DNA from: an uncultured Acidimicrobiales bacterium
GTDB taxonomy: Bacteria > Actinomycetota > Acidimicrobiia > Acidimicrobiales > Ilumatobacteraceae
Direction of reading: 5' to 3'
Assembly: GCA_963803355.1 (NCBI GenBank)
Contig: CAWDLV010000002.1
Location: forward strand, 146,829 to 210,828
DNA: 64,000 nt
The first letter of the stretch is position 1. Every line of letters begins with the position of its first letter. The position numbers were made by a program, and so were the translations under genes. This document shows, piece after piece, positions 49,556 to 62,551 of this stretch. The notes under the pieces are model-generated. The model searched no databases, had not been told where the DNA came from, and saw only the letters and a program-made list of their open reading frames with translations.

Positions 49556-52285
49556 ATGGGCCGCATGATCTTCGACGGGTTCGTGCACCAGCTCCCCGAC
49601 ATCGATCCCGAAGAGACCCAGGAGTGGTTGGACTCGCTCGACGCCGTCGTCGACCGCCACGGCAAGACCCGCGCCCGCTACCTGCTCTCGTCCCTCCTCG
49701 ACCGCGCCCGCGAGCTCCAGGTCAGCTTCCCGGCCACGGTGTCCACGCCGTACATCAACTCCATCCCGCCCGAGGAGGAGCCGTGGTTCCCGGGCGACGA
49801 GTACGTCGAGCGCCGCATCCGGGCCTTCATCCGCTGGAACGCCGCAGTGATGGTGATCAGGGCCAACAAGCAGGCCGAGGGGATCGGCGGCCACCTGTCG
49901 ACGTTCGCCAGCTCGGCCAGCCTCTACGAGGTCGGCTTCAACCACTTCTTCCGGGGCAAGGACGACGGACAGCCCGGCGACCACATCTACTTCCAGGGTC
50001 ACGCCACGCCGGGCATCTACGCCCGGGCCTTCCTCGAGGGTCGACTGACCGAGGACGACCTGGACCACTTCCGCCGGGAGATCGGCCGCACCGGACTCAG
50101 CTCGTACCCCCACCCGAGGCTGATGCCGGAGTTCTGGGAGTACCCGACGGTCTCGATGGGCCTCGGCCCGATCACCGCCATCTACCAGGCCCGCTTCAAC
50201 CGCTACCTCCACAACCGCCGCCTCGACGACACGTCAGCGGCTCGCGGGTCTGGTGCTTCCTCGGCGACGGCGAGTGCGACGAGCCCGAGACCCTCGGTGC
50301 GCTGTCAGCTGGCGTCACCGCGAGAAGCTCGACAACCTCGTCTTCGTCGTCAACTGCAACCTCCAGCGCCTCGACGGCCCGGTCCGCGGCAACGGCAAGA
50401 TCATCCAGGAGCTCGAGGCGTCGTTCCGGGGCGCGGGCTGGAACGTCATCAAGGTCGATCTGGGGCTCCAAGTGGGACGAGCTGCTGGCCAAGGACAAGG
50501 ACGGCGTGCTCCTCAACAAGATGAACACCACCGTCGACGGCGAGTTCCAGCGCTACACGGTGGAGTCCGGGCGCCTACATCCGCGAGCACTTCTTCGGGC
50601 CGGACCCCCGCCTGCGCAAGCTGGTGGAGCACCTGTCCGACGACGAGCTGCGCTGGCTGCCCCGCGGCGGCCACGACTACCGAAAGCTCTACGCGGCCTA
50701 CAAGTCGGCCACGGACAACCTGGGCAGCGGCGCGCCGACCGCCATCCTGTGCAAGACGATCAAGGGCTGGACGCTCGGTCCGGAGATCGAGGGCCGCAAC
50801 GCCACCCACCAGATCAAGAAGATGAGCGGGCCGCAGCTCCGGGTGCTGCGGGACCGGCTCTACCTGCAGGAGGAGATCCCCGACGACGTCGCTCGACGGC
50901 GACGATGCCGCCGTACTACCGGCCGCCCGAGGACTCGGTGGAGTACCAGTACATGGTGGAGCGGCGCAGGGCGCTCGCCGGCTCGCTCCCCCGCCGCGCG
51001 CTGCGCACCCGGCGGCCGCTCACCCTGCCCGCCGACACGGCGTTCAAGGAGGTGCAGGCCGGCTCGGGCGGCCAGTCGGTGTCGACCACGATGGCCTTCA
51101 CCCGCCTGGTGCGGAACCTGGCCCGCGACCACGGCGTTCGGCGCAGCGGGTCGTGCCGATCATCCCGGACGAGGCCCGCACGTTCGGCATGGACGCGCTG
51201 TTCCGGGAGATCAAGATCTACGCCGCCGCAGGGCCAGAAGTACGAGCCCGGTCGACGCCGACCTGCTCCTCTCCTACACCGAGTCCGCCGACGGCCAGAT
51301 CCTCGAGGAGGGCATCACCGAGGCCGGCGCCATGTCCAGCTTCATCGCCGCCGCGCACCAGCTACGCCACCCGGGGCGTGCCCATGGTGCCCTTCTACAT
51401 CTTCTACTCGATGTTCGGCTTCCAGCGGGTGGGCGACCTCATCTGGCAGGCCGCCGACATGCCGGGCCCGAGGCTTCCTGCTCGGCGCCACCGCCGGGCG
51501 CACCACGCTCCTCGGCGAGGGCCTGCAGCACCAGGACGGCCACAGCCTGGTCCTGGCCTCGACCGTGCCGCCGTGCCAGGCCTACGACCCGGCCTTCGCC
51601 TACGAGATGGCCACGATCGTCCGCCACGGCATCCAGCGCATGTACGGGCCCAACCCGGACGACGTCTTCTACTACCTGACGCTCTACAACGAGAACTACC
51701 CCATGCCGGCCATGGCCGAGCGGCGTGGAGCAGGGCATCGTCGACGGCCTCTACCGGTGGGCCGAGGCGCCGGACGGGCCGTCGAAGCACGCCACCCTGC
51801 TGTTCTCCGGCGTCGGCCCAGGGCGCGGCCCGGCAAGGCGGCCGAGGAGCTGGCCGAGCACTACGACGTCGGCGTCGAGCTGTGGTCGGCCACCAGCTAC
51901 AAGGCGCTGCGGGACGAGGCGCTGGCCACCGAGCGCATGGAACCGCCTCCACCCCGGGCAGGAGCAGCGGGTCCCGCTCGTGCGCCGGCTGCTCGGCGAG
52001 GCGCCGGGCCCGATCGTCGCCGTCACCGACTTCATGAAGATCGTGCCCGAGCAGGTGGCCCGCTTCCTGCCCGACCGCCTGTTCATCCCGCTCGGCACCG
52101 ACGGCATGGGCCGCTCGGACACCCGCGAGGCGCTGCGCCGCTTCTTCGAGGTCGACGCCGGCCACGTCGTCGTGGCCGTGCTCGCCGGCCTGGCCGAGCA
52201 GGGCGAGGTCAAGGCCGAGGTCGTCGCGGAGGCCATCGCCCGCTACGACATCGACCCCGACGCGGTGAACCCGGCCGCACCCTGA
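49556..52285 (+). CDS. aceE: Pyruvate dehydrogenase E1 component (homodimeric AceE type), with many frameshifts as sequenced.
   Basis: The N-terminus is [58 protein letters not shown]. Downstream segments lie in several frames: [92 protein letters not shown], and the C-terminus [13 protein letters not shown]...[21 protein letters not shown]. Confidence 0.8.
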
Positions 52286-52347
52286 GCCGGCGCACCCGCG
52301 CGGACTGCGGCCGGCCGCCACGGCGTCGGCGCGCGACCTCCCCGCAC

Positions 52348-52367
52348 GGCCACCGAGGCCGGTGGCC
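52348..52367. terminator. GC hairpin GGCCACCG-aggc-CGGTGGCC downstream of aceE.
   Basis: The 8-bp perfect stem lies about 60 nt after the aceE stop and upstream of gmd. Confidence 0.4.
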
Positions 52368-52392
52368 CGGGGCGACCCTGTGCCACGGGTAG

Positions 52393-53426
<1,034 letters not shown>

Positions 53427-53520
53427 AGCGCACCACCCGGCGGCGCGAACGTGGGCCGGGAGAGGGGCCGCGCTCCCGTGCGGGCGCGGAGGTCACCGGT
53501 ATGCTCGTCCGCCGATCGCC

Positions 53521-54870
53521 ATGACCGGATCTGCGCCCATGTCCTCGCCCATCGACGTCGACGCCACCGTGATCTCGCCCGACGAGCTCGTGATGCGCGT
53601 GCAGTCGCTCCTGGCGTCGACGGACCGGGCTGGTGCGCCAGCAGTGACGAACGTGTCGCGGACGCTCGTGCACGCGCGAGGCACTCCGGTCGACTCCGCC
53701 CGCCAGCGCGCTCATGCGCTGCACCAGCGGTACAACCTGCTGCACACCCCTGAGATCACCGCCGGCGATGGGCCTCGAGGTCAAGCCACCCGCTTCACCA
53801 AGCGCGCCGTTCGCAAGCTGACCGGTTGGTACGTCGAGCCGCGCTGGACGGTCCAGACCGACTTCGATGCCGCGACGGCGTGGGCGGCGACCGACGTCGT
53901 CCTCGCGCTGGAGCAGCTGGAGGCCGAGGTCCACCGGCTCACCCAGTCCGTGACGGACGTGGCGACCTCAGTGACGGACGTGGCGAGCGAGCAAGCGCGG
54001 ATCCGAGTGGAGGTCAAGGGCGTCGCCGAAGCCGTCCACGAGCGCCATGATGGCGAGCTGGGGAGCCTCCGCTACGACGTCGCCGACCTCAATGCCGCCA
54101 TCGGCACCGTCGCCGCCCGGCTCGAGACGGTGCGTCGCCAGCTCACAGCCGCCGGCGCGTTCGAGGGCACGCAGCCGCCACCGATGCCCGAGGCCTACAG
54201 GGTGCCAAGCGTGGACTACTCCCGCTTCGAGGACCAGTTCCGGGGTTCGTCGGCCGAGCTCGCCGAGAACGCAGCGCGCCGTACCTCCCGATCTTCGGGG
54301 ATCCCGCCGAGCGCCCGCGCATCGCCGACCTCGGTTGCGGGAGGGGCGAGATGCTCAAGCTGCTCGAGGCAGAAGGCTTCGAGCCGGTCGGCGTCGAGAC
54401 GGACTCGGACATGCTGGAGCTTTGCCGGAGCCAAGACCTCAACGTGGTCGAGGCGGATGCGACGCTGTGGTTGCAGTCCCTCGAGCCGGACACGCTCGAC
54501 GGCATCTTCTGCGCCCAGGTGATCGAGCACCTCCCGGTCAGCTCGCTGCTCAGCCTCGTCGCGGCCGCACGCCGCGTGCTGAAGCGCGGTGCGCCGATGG
54601 TGCTCGAGACGATCGACCCCCGTTCGGCCTTCGCGCTCGGAAACTGGTTCTACGCCGACCTCTCTCACGTCCGACCGGTGTACCCGCCGACGCTCGCCTT
54701 CTTGTGCGAGAGCAACGGCTTCTCGGAAGTCGAGATCCTCCCCCGAAGCCCGCACCCCGCGCTGCAGCTCCTCGACGGACTGCCCGACGACCCCACCGGA
54801 CACGCCGATCAAGCCGCTGCTGGAGACCGTGTTCGGCTACCAGGACTACGCGGTCGTCGCTCGAAAGTGA
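53521..54870 (+). CDS. N-terminal coiled-coil / C-terminal class I SAM-methyltransferase protein; a candidate glycan chain-terminating methyltransferase. Two apparent indels.
   Basis: The N-terminal half is heptad/coiled-coil-like (ALEQLEAEVHRLTQSVTDVATSVTDVASEQARIRVEVKGV...LNAAIGTVAARLETVRRQL). The C-terminal methyltransferase is IADLGCGRGEMLKLLEAEGFEPVGVETD...DGIFCAQVIEHLP...RGAPMVLET. It ends ...FGYQDYAVVARK*, overlapping the next start (GTGA). Confidence 0.6.
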
Positions 54871-57050
54871 CCGAACGCCCGAGCGCTGTACACCAGTTCC
54901 ACGCCGGGACCGCTGAGGGTGACGCTGTCACCCAGCAGATGCTGAGCATCCGGAGGCGACTGCGGGGGCTCGGCTACCGGTCCGACGTGTACGCGCTGCA
55001 CATCCCGCCGGCGCTCTCCGACCAGATCCGACATCTGTCGACCTATCAGGGCTCGCCGAACCAGGTGCTGCTCCTCTACCACTCGATCGGCAACGAGGCC
55101 CTCGAGCAGCTGCGCCGGCTTCCGGATCGGAAGATCCTCAGCTACCAGAACATCACGCCCGAGGAGTACTTCGCCAGCGAGCACGTGCGGCGCGCCGTCC
55201 GCCTCGGGCGAGCGCAGCTCAAGGAGCTGCCGTCCATCGGTCGACGCCGCCATCGCCAACTCGAACTACTCCCGGCGAGAGCTCCTGGCCGCCGGCTTCG
55301 AGCGGGCCGAAGTGTTGCCGGTCCAGACCCAGTTCGGCCGGTACGCGTCGGGAAGGGGCAAACGAGCTCGGAACCGTGATTGGCTGACGGTCGGACGGCT
55401 GGTCGGCAACAAGTGCCATCACGACATCATCGCCGCCTTCGGCGTGTACGCGAACGCCTTCGACAACCGGGCTCACCTTCACCTGGTCGGCGACCCATCG
55501 GATCGGGCCTACGTACTCGAGCTGCGCGAGCTTGCGGCCCAGATGGACGTGGCCGACCGGGTCGTGCTCTGGGGCAAGATCCCCGAAGGCGACCTGATCG
55601 AGCGCTACTCGACCGCGGGCCTCTACCTCTCGCTGAGCGAGCACGAGGGATTCGGGGTACCGCTCCTCGAGGCCATGGCGGCCGGGCTTCCCGTCATCGC
55701 CTATGGCGCCGCTGCGGTCCCAGAGACACTCGGCGGGGCGGGGGTGGAGCTGCACACCAAGGAGCCGTCGTTCGTCGCCGGCCTGGCGCACACCATCCTC
55801 GGCGACGAGGCACTCGTGCAGAGGATCCTCGACCGGCAGGACGCGCGGCTGGCGCAGCTGGCCGCCTTCGACGTCGACGCCACGCTGACTCGCTCGATCC
55901 AGCGTGCGTGCGGAACCAAGCAACCAACTCGCGTCCAGGTCCAGGGACCGTTCGAGACGACGTACAGCCTGGCCGTGCTCAACCGCAACCTCGCGCTCGC
56001 CCTCGACGACCTCGACGACATCGAGGTCTCGTTGTACGCCACGGAAGGACCCGGCGACTACACGCCGGACCCTGCGGATCTCCAGCGCCATCCGGTCGCG
56101 GCCCGCCTGCACGCGAGCGCCAGGACGACGCCCTACCCCGACGTGACGATTCGCCAGCTCCACCCGCCCCGCCTCGCCGACGCACCCGGCGGCATCCGCT
56201 GCCTCTACTTCGGCTGGGAGGAGTCAGGGCTGCCCGCGGAGTACGTCGAGTCGTTCAACGAGCACCTGGACGGCATCGGCGTGATGTCGACCTACGTCGC
56301 CGAGCTCCTGCGCTCGGCCGGCGTGACAGTGCCTATCAGCGTGACGGGCGTCGGCGTCGAGCCACCGGTCCCCGACGGGCCGCTGCCCCGCCAGGCGAAG
56401 GACCGCAAGGGCTTCGTGTTCCTGCACGTCAGCTCGGCCTTCCCGAGGAAGGGCATCGATCTGCTGCTCGCAGGCCTACTTCGACACCTTCACCGCCAAC
56501 GACGACGTGACCTTGCTGCTCAAGACCTTCCCGAACCCGCACAACGAGGTGGCGGCGCAGCTGGCCGAGGCTCGCCGGCAGCACCCGAACCCCGGGCATG
56601 TCATCTGGATCGACGAAGACCTCCCGAGGGAGGCCATCGACAGCCTCTACGGCATCGCCGACTGCTACGTCCATCCGGCCCGCGGTGAGGGCTTCGGCCT
56701 GCCGGTCGCCGAAGCGATGCTGGCCAGCCTGCCCGTGATCACCGTGGCTCACTCGGGACTGAGGGAGTTCTGCGCCGACGAGACGGCACTGATCGTTCGC
56801 CATCGGATCGAGCCGGCGAGTACCCATCTCACCACACCCGGCTCGACGTGGGCGGAGCCCGACGTCGAGCACCTCGCCGAGCACCTCCGCGCCGTGTACG
56901 ACTGCCCGGACGCTCCGGACATCAGAGCCCGCACCGCGGCTGCGAAAGCCGCCATCGAAGACCGGTTCTCGTGGGACGCGGTCGGCCGTCCGATGGCGCA
57001 GCTTCATCGACGAGCTCCGGGCGCGCAGCGCGGACCACGTCGGTGTCGAT
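54868..57050 (+). CDS. Multidomain GT4 glycosyltransferase with two tandem GT4 modules (WbdA-like polymerizing glycosyl/mannosyltransferase). Frameshifted as sequenced; the 3' boundary is uncertain.
   Basis: Module 1 is VTERPSAVHQFHAGTAEGDAVTQQML...LSEHEGFGVPLLEAMAAGLPVIAYGAAAVPETL. Module 2 is RVQVQGPFETTYSLAVLNRNLALAL...HPARGEGFGLPVAEAMLASLPVITVAHSGLREF. The GTG start overlaps the methyltransferase stop. Confidence 0.6.
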
Positions 57051-58166
57051 GGTGTCCCCATGGAACTCGCGCTGCGGCATCGCCGAGTACACCGCTACAG
57101 CTGGTGGACGCCTTCGGCCACCGCGCCGAGGTCGACGCTCCTGGCGGATCGGGACGTGCAGGTCATCGATCTGGAGGCTGAGCTGCGCATCGCCCGGGTG
57201 TGGAAGGACCGCTGGCACCCGGACCTCGGGCCCCTCACCGCTGCTCTCCTCGCCTCTCCTTCAGAGCTGGTCCACCTCCAGTTCAACTTCGGGTTCTTCG
57301 AGCTGGGCGCGCTCGCGGGCCTCATCGAGGCGGTGCTCCCGCGGAAGCCGATCGTGATCACCTTCCATGCGACGGGAGACGTCCGCATCGACGACGAGAC
57401 CGTCAGCCTGCGGGACATCGTGGCCACACTGGCCGAAGGTCGATCTGCTCATCGCCCACCAGGAGGCGGACGTCGAGCGGCTGCGTTCGTCCGGCTTCAC
57501 CGAGAACGTGCGGTTGATCCCACAGGGCGCTCCGGGACCGCCGCCCGTGTCCCGAGAGGAGGCTCGCAAGGGCCTCGCGCTCGACCACCGCCCCACCGTC
57601 GCCACCTTCGGCTTCCTTCTGCCCCACAAGGGCACGCTGGAGCTGATCGAGGCCATCGACCTCTTGCGGTGGGACCAGCCGGACATCCTGTTGCTGGCGC
57701 CGTGCGCCACCCACCCGGACGCGAGCAGCGCGGCCTACCGCGAGCGCTGCGAGCGGCTGATCCGCGAACGGGGACTCGACGGGAACGTGGTCTTGGTCAG
57801 CGACTTCCTCGCCGATGACGCCGTCCGAACGCTGCTCGCGGCGGCCGACGTCATTGCGCTGCCCTACGCGGAGACACCTGAGTCCTCGAGTGCGGCCATG
57901 CGATTCGTCCTGGGGATCGGCGCGCCGGTCATCGCGACGAGCATCCGGATCTTCGACGACGTCAGCGAGGTGGTGCTGCGTACGCGGACGAACGCGCCCG
58001 AGGACCTGGCCCGGGCCATCCGAGAGGTCATCGGCTCCCCGGCGCTGGCCGCCGATCTGGCCGCCAAGGCAAGTGCCCTCGCCCTGGAGCTCGGTTGGCC
58101 CACGGTTGCCCGCTCCCACCTCGACGCCTATCGGTCGATTCTCGAACGGCGGCGGCGGCGCCGGGT
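57048..58166 (+). CDS. Third GT4 glycosyltransferase module. It is either a separate gene starting MVSPWNSRCGIAEYT, or the C-terminal module of a single 3-module polymerase.
   Basis: The N-terminus is MVSPWNSRCGIAEYTA...LVDAFGHRAEV. It continues FGFLLPHKGTLELIEAIDLL...ALPYAETPESSSAAMRFVLGIGAPVIAT (GT-B C-terminal fold). There are at least 2 frameshifts. Confidence 0.5.
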
Positions 58167-58182
58167 AGGAGCCCCCGCGTGC

Positions 58183-59467
58183 CTACGGGATGGACTTGGC
58201 CTCGATGGGCATCCAGACCAGGCCCGACGTGCGGTCGGGGCTGAGGATCTCGAACCACGTCCGCTGCTCGCTCCAGTCGTAGACGACCGTCTCGTCGTGG
58301 CTGTGGATGCCGATCGTGATCGGGAAGGTGCCATCGAGCAGAGGCACGGCGGCGACCTCGAAGATCACCTCCCCTGCGCCTGACATGGCCTTCACCGGCG
58401 TGCCAAGGATGTCCGTGTTCGTGCCAAAGATCGGCCGTCCGGTCGCGTGGTCGAAGATGCCGAGCCCGACGACGACGTCCTCGATCCGCTCCTTGGCCTC
58501 GTAGCCGATCCGGATCGTCAGCGGCTCGCCCGGCAGTAGGTAGCGCCGAACGTCGCGATGGGCGTGCTCCACCTCGATGTGGGTGATCCGCACCCGCAGG
58601 TTGCGCTTCGCCTCCTGCGCCGCACCGTGCGCGTGGGCCGAGGTCGGCTCGGCGACACCGTCCAGCACCGTGTGCGCCGCAAGCGTGGGCGTCGGATTCA
58701 CGTCCGCCTCGGCGTGTGCCCGGCGATCGAGCTCGTCTTCGAGCATGTGCTCCCGGAAGATGCGGATGGCGACTGCGGGCTCGTCGAATGCCGCCAGGTG
58801 ACCGTGATCGATGACCGCCACCTGATCGCAGATCTGGCGGAGCTGGTCAGCCGCGTGCGAGACCACGATGATCGTCCGGCCCTCGTCGCTGGAACCGCCG
58901 CACCCGTTCGAGACATTTGCGTTGGAAGTTCTCGTCGCCGACCGCCAGCACCTCGTCGACCAGCAGGATGTCCGGCTCCACGTTCACGGCTACGGAGAAC
59001 CCGAGGCGGACGAACATCCCGGACGAGTAGTGCTTGACCTGCTGGTCGATGAACTGCTCGAGCTCCGCGAACTCGACGATGTCATCGAAGCGGCGCTGGA
59101 GCTCGCGCTTGGACATCCCGAGGATGGCGCCGTTCATGAAGATGTTCTCTCGCCCCGTGAGCTCCGGATGCATCCCGGCGCCCAGCTCGAGCAGCGAGGC
59201 GATGCGACCTTGCACCCGGACCGTGCCCAGGGTCGGCTTCAGGATGCCGCCGATGAGCTTGAGGAGCGTGGACTTGCCGGAGCCGTTGTGGCCCATGAGG
59301 CCGAGGGTCGACCCTTGGTCGACCGCAATGGAGATGTCGCGGAGCGCCCAAAACTCCTCGGGGCGCGATCGGTCCCGATGCACGAAGCGCTCCTTGAGCG
59401 AGGTCCCGTGGTTGACGAGCTGGAAGCGCTTCGACACTCCGTCGACTTCGACGACCCGCGCGCCCAC
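58183..59467 (-). CDS. wzt: Wzt-type ABC transporter ATP-binding protein with a C-terminal glycan (O-antigen terminus)-binding domain. One apparent frameshift near 58860.
   Basis: The NBD has Walker A ([11 protein letters not shown]), the signature ([13 protein letters not shown]) and Walker B ([12 protein letters not shown]). The C-terminal about 150-aa beta-rich Wzt_C-like domain is [58 protein letters not shown]...[24 protein letters not shown]. Confidence 0.8.
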
Positions 59468-59468
59468 G

Positions 59469-60406
59469 TCAGATCACCTCGGCGAAATTCCCCTCGAGCC
59501 GGTCGAAGGTGCGCACGGCGAGGAACAGCAGCACTACTGAGGCGATCCCCACGATCGCGAGGTTGCGGGAGTACCAGAGGGCGCTGGCGTCGGGCAGCAG
59601 CACCGTCGTCCCGTCGGACGCATAGGTGCGGTTGTAGATGGCCCGTTGGAAGGCCAGCGTCACCGATGTGACCGGGTTCAGGAGCACGACCCAGGTGAGG
59701 TGGCGGCTGGAGAGCTTCGAGCTGAACAACCCCCACTGGTAGACGATCGGGGTGAGCCAGAACCAGGCCAGCAGCAGCACCTCGATCAGGTGCTTCATGT
59801 CCCGCGCGATACACGTTCACCGCGGACAGCAGGACCCCCGAGCGCGGCGCCGAACAGCAGGATCACGACGAGGGCGGGGAGGACGAGCCAGACATAGCCC
59901 GGGTCAACACCCCAACGCACGATGACCATGACGACGACGAGGACGAGGAACTGGAGCGCGAAGTGGACGAGCGCGGCCCCCTCGCTGGCCAGCGGCAGGA
60001 CCTCCCGCGGGAAGAAGACCTTCTTCACCAGCGAGCCACCTTCCGCGATCGACGACGTGCCCGCGATCAGCGTGGTGGAGAACAGGTTCCAGACGAGGAG
60101 CCCTGACAACAGGAAGATCGGGAAGGCGGAGATGCCCGACGCCAGAAGGATGTCGAACACGACGTAGTACACCGCCAAGTAGAGCAACGGGTTCAACAGC
60201 GACCAGGCGAAGCCGAGCGCCGAGTTCTTGTACTTGACCTTGAGCTCCTTGCGCACGAGCGAAGCCAGCAGCTCGTGGTAGCGGACCACGTCGCTCGTGT
60301 GCTGACGGACCGTCCGGCGTGGCGCGACCGTCAGCAACGACGGCTGGCTCGACGGCGGGGCGGCGAGAGGGTCTGCGGGGCGCAGGGCGCTCGGCTCAGT
60401 GCTCAT
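59469..60406 (-). CDS. wzm: Wzm-type ABC-2 polysaccharide export permease, with one apparent frameshift near 59800.
   Basis: It begins [41 protein letters not shown], the ABC-2/Wzm signature. Six TM segments are spread across two frames (ORFs 59795..60406 and 59469..59798). It sits immediately upstream of wzt. Confidence 0.75.
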
Positions 60407-60467
60407 GGGCGTCGCGCCAGGCTACCGCTGCCCTCCCTCTCGACCGGGGCGGCCGTACCGCGGCGGG

Positions 60468-61232
60468 TCAGGTCCTCGGAACCGCGGTGTGCTGGCGGTC
60501 GAGCCAGCCGAGAAGGATGGCGATGGCCCGGGGGTCGTGACGGAGGCGATGGCCGGCACCCTGAAGGATCCGCAGCTCAGCGTGGCCGTGGGCCTCGGCG
60601 AACTCGCGGGCGTCGCTGACCGGCACGTACGGATCGTCCTCACCGTGCAGCACCAGCAGCGGCCGGGGGGCGAGGCGGCGGGCGGCGTCGAGGGGCCGGA
60701 AGCGCCGGAACTCCCGTACCCATGACTCGAAGGAGGCGGGGAAGGCCGGATGGCGGACGGCGCCGATCTCGCGGGCGTGCTCCAGGAAGCGCCGGGGTTG
60801 AGCCGCCCAGTCATCGAAGTCGGGGCGGGCGCCGAGCATGGCCACGCCACTGACCCGGGCGTCGTCCGCCGCCACGCAGACCGCGATCGAGCCACCGGTG
60901 TTGGTGCCGACCAGGCAGACGTCCTCCACCCCGACCCGGGCCTCGAGGTGGTCGATGGCGGCCCGGAGATCGTCCACCCAACCCTGGAGCGAGAAGTCCC
61001 CCGCCGACTGCCCGCAACCACGGAACGTGAAGGTCATCGCCACGCAGCCGAGCTCGTTGGCGATGCGGTCCATGAGCTCGGGGAAGGTGCCGGCGGACTG
61101 GCGGGCATCGAGCGGTCCGACCGGAAATCCATGGCACATCACGACGCCGGGGAGCCCGGCGGTCGGGCGCCCGGCCGGGTAGGACATATGGCAAGCAAGC
61201 GTCAGCCCTCCCGACGTGAACGTCCCGTTCAC
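60468..61232 (-). CDS. Alpha/beta hydrolase (dienelactone hydrolase / peptidase S9-like).
   Basis: The intact 254-aa ORF has the nucleophile elbow CLVGTNTGGSIA, followed by LVLHGEDDPYVPVSDAREFAEAHGHAELRILQGAGHRL. Confidence 0.7.
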   Translation of the reverse strand: MNGTFTSGGLTLACHMSYPAGRPTAGLPGVVMCHGFPVGPLDARQSAGTFPELMDRIANELGCVAMTFTFRGCGQSAGDFSLQGWVDDLRAAIDHLEARVGVEDVCLVGTNTGGSIAVCVAADDARVSGVAMLGARPDFDDWAAQPRRFLEHAREIGAVRHPAFPASFESWVREFRRFRPLDAARRLAPRPLLVLHGEDDPYVPVSDAREFAEAHGHAELRILQGAGHRLRHDPRAIAILLGWLDRQHTAVPRT

Positions 61233-61256
61233 CGCCGCGCGCTCACCCGGACGTGG

Positions 61257-61493
61257 TCATCGGGATGGTCGCACCCTGGCCCGCCGGCCGGCTCGGGCCA
61301 GCCGGTAGCCCCGGTTGCGGGCTTCCGGCAGCGTGTCGGGACCGAAGCAGATGAAGGTCTCAGCCTGGACCAGGTCGTCGATGACGGCCGCGTCGTCCCA
61401 GGTGTCGAGGTCGTAGACGAGCTGGTTGCGCTTGTCGCCGAGGTAGCGAGTGTGCTCGAACCGGGTCGGTCGCTCCACGGAGCGGACGTTAGT
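61257..61493 (-). CDS. Small hypothetical protein of about 78 aa.
   Basis: GTG start. The sequence is VERPTRFEHTRYLGDKRNQLVYDLDTWDDAAVIDDLVQAETFICFGPDTLPEARNRGYRLARAG...* The composition is protein-like, but there is no strong RBS. Confidence 0.3.
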   Translation of the reverse strand, partial: TNVRSVERPTRFEHTRYLGDKRNQLVYDLDTWDDAAVIDDLVQAETFICFGPDTLPEARNRGYRLARAGRRARVRPSR

Positions 61494-61583
61494 TCTCGTG
61501 GCCCCTCGTCCCGCAGGTGCAGGTGAGCCGGGCGCCGGCCACCCGCACTTGCGAACTCGCTCCCCGAGGGGCAGCATGCCGTG

Positions 61584-61970
61584 ATGCCGCGGTTGCCCCT
61601 CTTCGCCTCGCTGGCCGTCGCGGTAGCGGCCGGCCTGGCCCTGGTGTCGTGTGCGCCGCCCAAAGGAGCTGACGGGCTCGCAGCCGTCATCGTCAAGCAG
61701 CCGGTGGCCTTCACGAAGGTCGCCAGTCCACTGCACGTGACCGGCACCGCGGATGTGTTCGAGGCCACGTTCCGCCTGCAAGTGGTCGATGCTGTCGGGC
61801 ACGTGCTCGTCGACCGCCAGGTGATGGCCACCTGCGGTATCGGGCTGTCGCGGTACCTTCGACACCACGCTCACGTTCACCGCATCCGGGCGGATCAAGC
61901 TGATCGCCTACGAGCTTTCGTCCAAGGACGGTTCGCGCATCGAGTTGGCCTCGTTGCCGCTCACCACCTG
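61584..61970 (+). CDS. Gmad2 immunoglobulin-like domain lipoprotein, paralog 1.
   Basis: The lipobox is MPRLPLFASLAVAVAAGLALVSCAPP. The domain is VASPLHVTGTADVFEATFRLQVVDAVGHVLVDRQVMATCG. After an apparent shift it ends IKLIAYELSSKDGSRIELASLPLTT*. Confidence 0.55.
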
Positions 61971-62048
61971 ACCGCCCGAGGGCGTGCCGACGGCGCGATT
62001 CGTCGGGGTGACTTGTACCAACAGCGGGCGAGACGGAGGATGACGAAC

Positions 62049-62480
62049 ATGCGACGGATCCCTGCTCTGCTGACCCTCTCGTTGGCCGCCGTGACGGGGT
62101 TTGCCCTCGTCGCCTGCGTCCCGCCACCGCAGCCGAAGGCGGTCGAGATCACGGCGCCGAAGGCCATGGCCTTCGTGACCAGCCCACTCCGAGTGACCGG
62201 CACCGCCGATGTCTTCGAAGGACGGTTCCAGCTCCAGCTGCTCGACGCCACCAACCAAGTCCTGGTGGAGCGCGCGGTCCAGGCGTCCTGCGGCACCGGC
62301 TGCCGCGGTCACTTCGACGTTTCGCTGACGTTTGCGCGCCACGCCGGGCACGACGCTGCACCTGCACGCCTTCCGGGCGTCCCCGAAGGACGGGCACCTG
62401 GTCAACTTGGCCGTGGTGTACGTGCGGATCCCTGCGCCGCCCACCACCACGACCTCGACCACCACCACGACCACGTGCGC
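62049..62480 (+). CDS. Gmad2 immunoglobulin-like domain lipoprotein, paralog 2, with a Thr-rich C-terminus. The 3' end is uncertain because of a frameshift.
   Basis: The lipobox is MRRIPALLTLSLAAVTGFALVACVPP. The domain is VTSPLRVTGTADVFEGRFQLQLLDATNQVLVERAVQASCGTGCRGHFDVSLTFA. It continues in another frame (TTLHLHAFRASPKDGHLVNLAVVYVRIPAPPTTTTSTTTTTT). The RBS is GGAGGA. Confidence 0.5.
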
Positions 62481-62551
62481 CCTGACCGCCCCGAGCGAGC
62501 CAGCCGCTACCCTCCGTCGCGCCACGCAACCGAGGCGAGAGGGACGCAGCC

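Noticed and set aside
57048-57060. Calling a definite gene boundary between the second and third GT4 modules.
   Set aside because: No in-frame stop could be established because of indels. MVSPWNSRCGIAEYT looks like a typical GT4 N-terminus. The feature is reported separately but flagged as possibly one multi-module polymerase.
60422-61021. Minus-strand 199-aa ORF and several plus-strand ORFs overlapping the alpha/beta hydrolase gene.
   Set aside because: They are shadow ORFs. The hydrolase frame (60468..61232) carries the GxSxG nucleophile elbow and a coherent fold.
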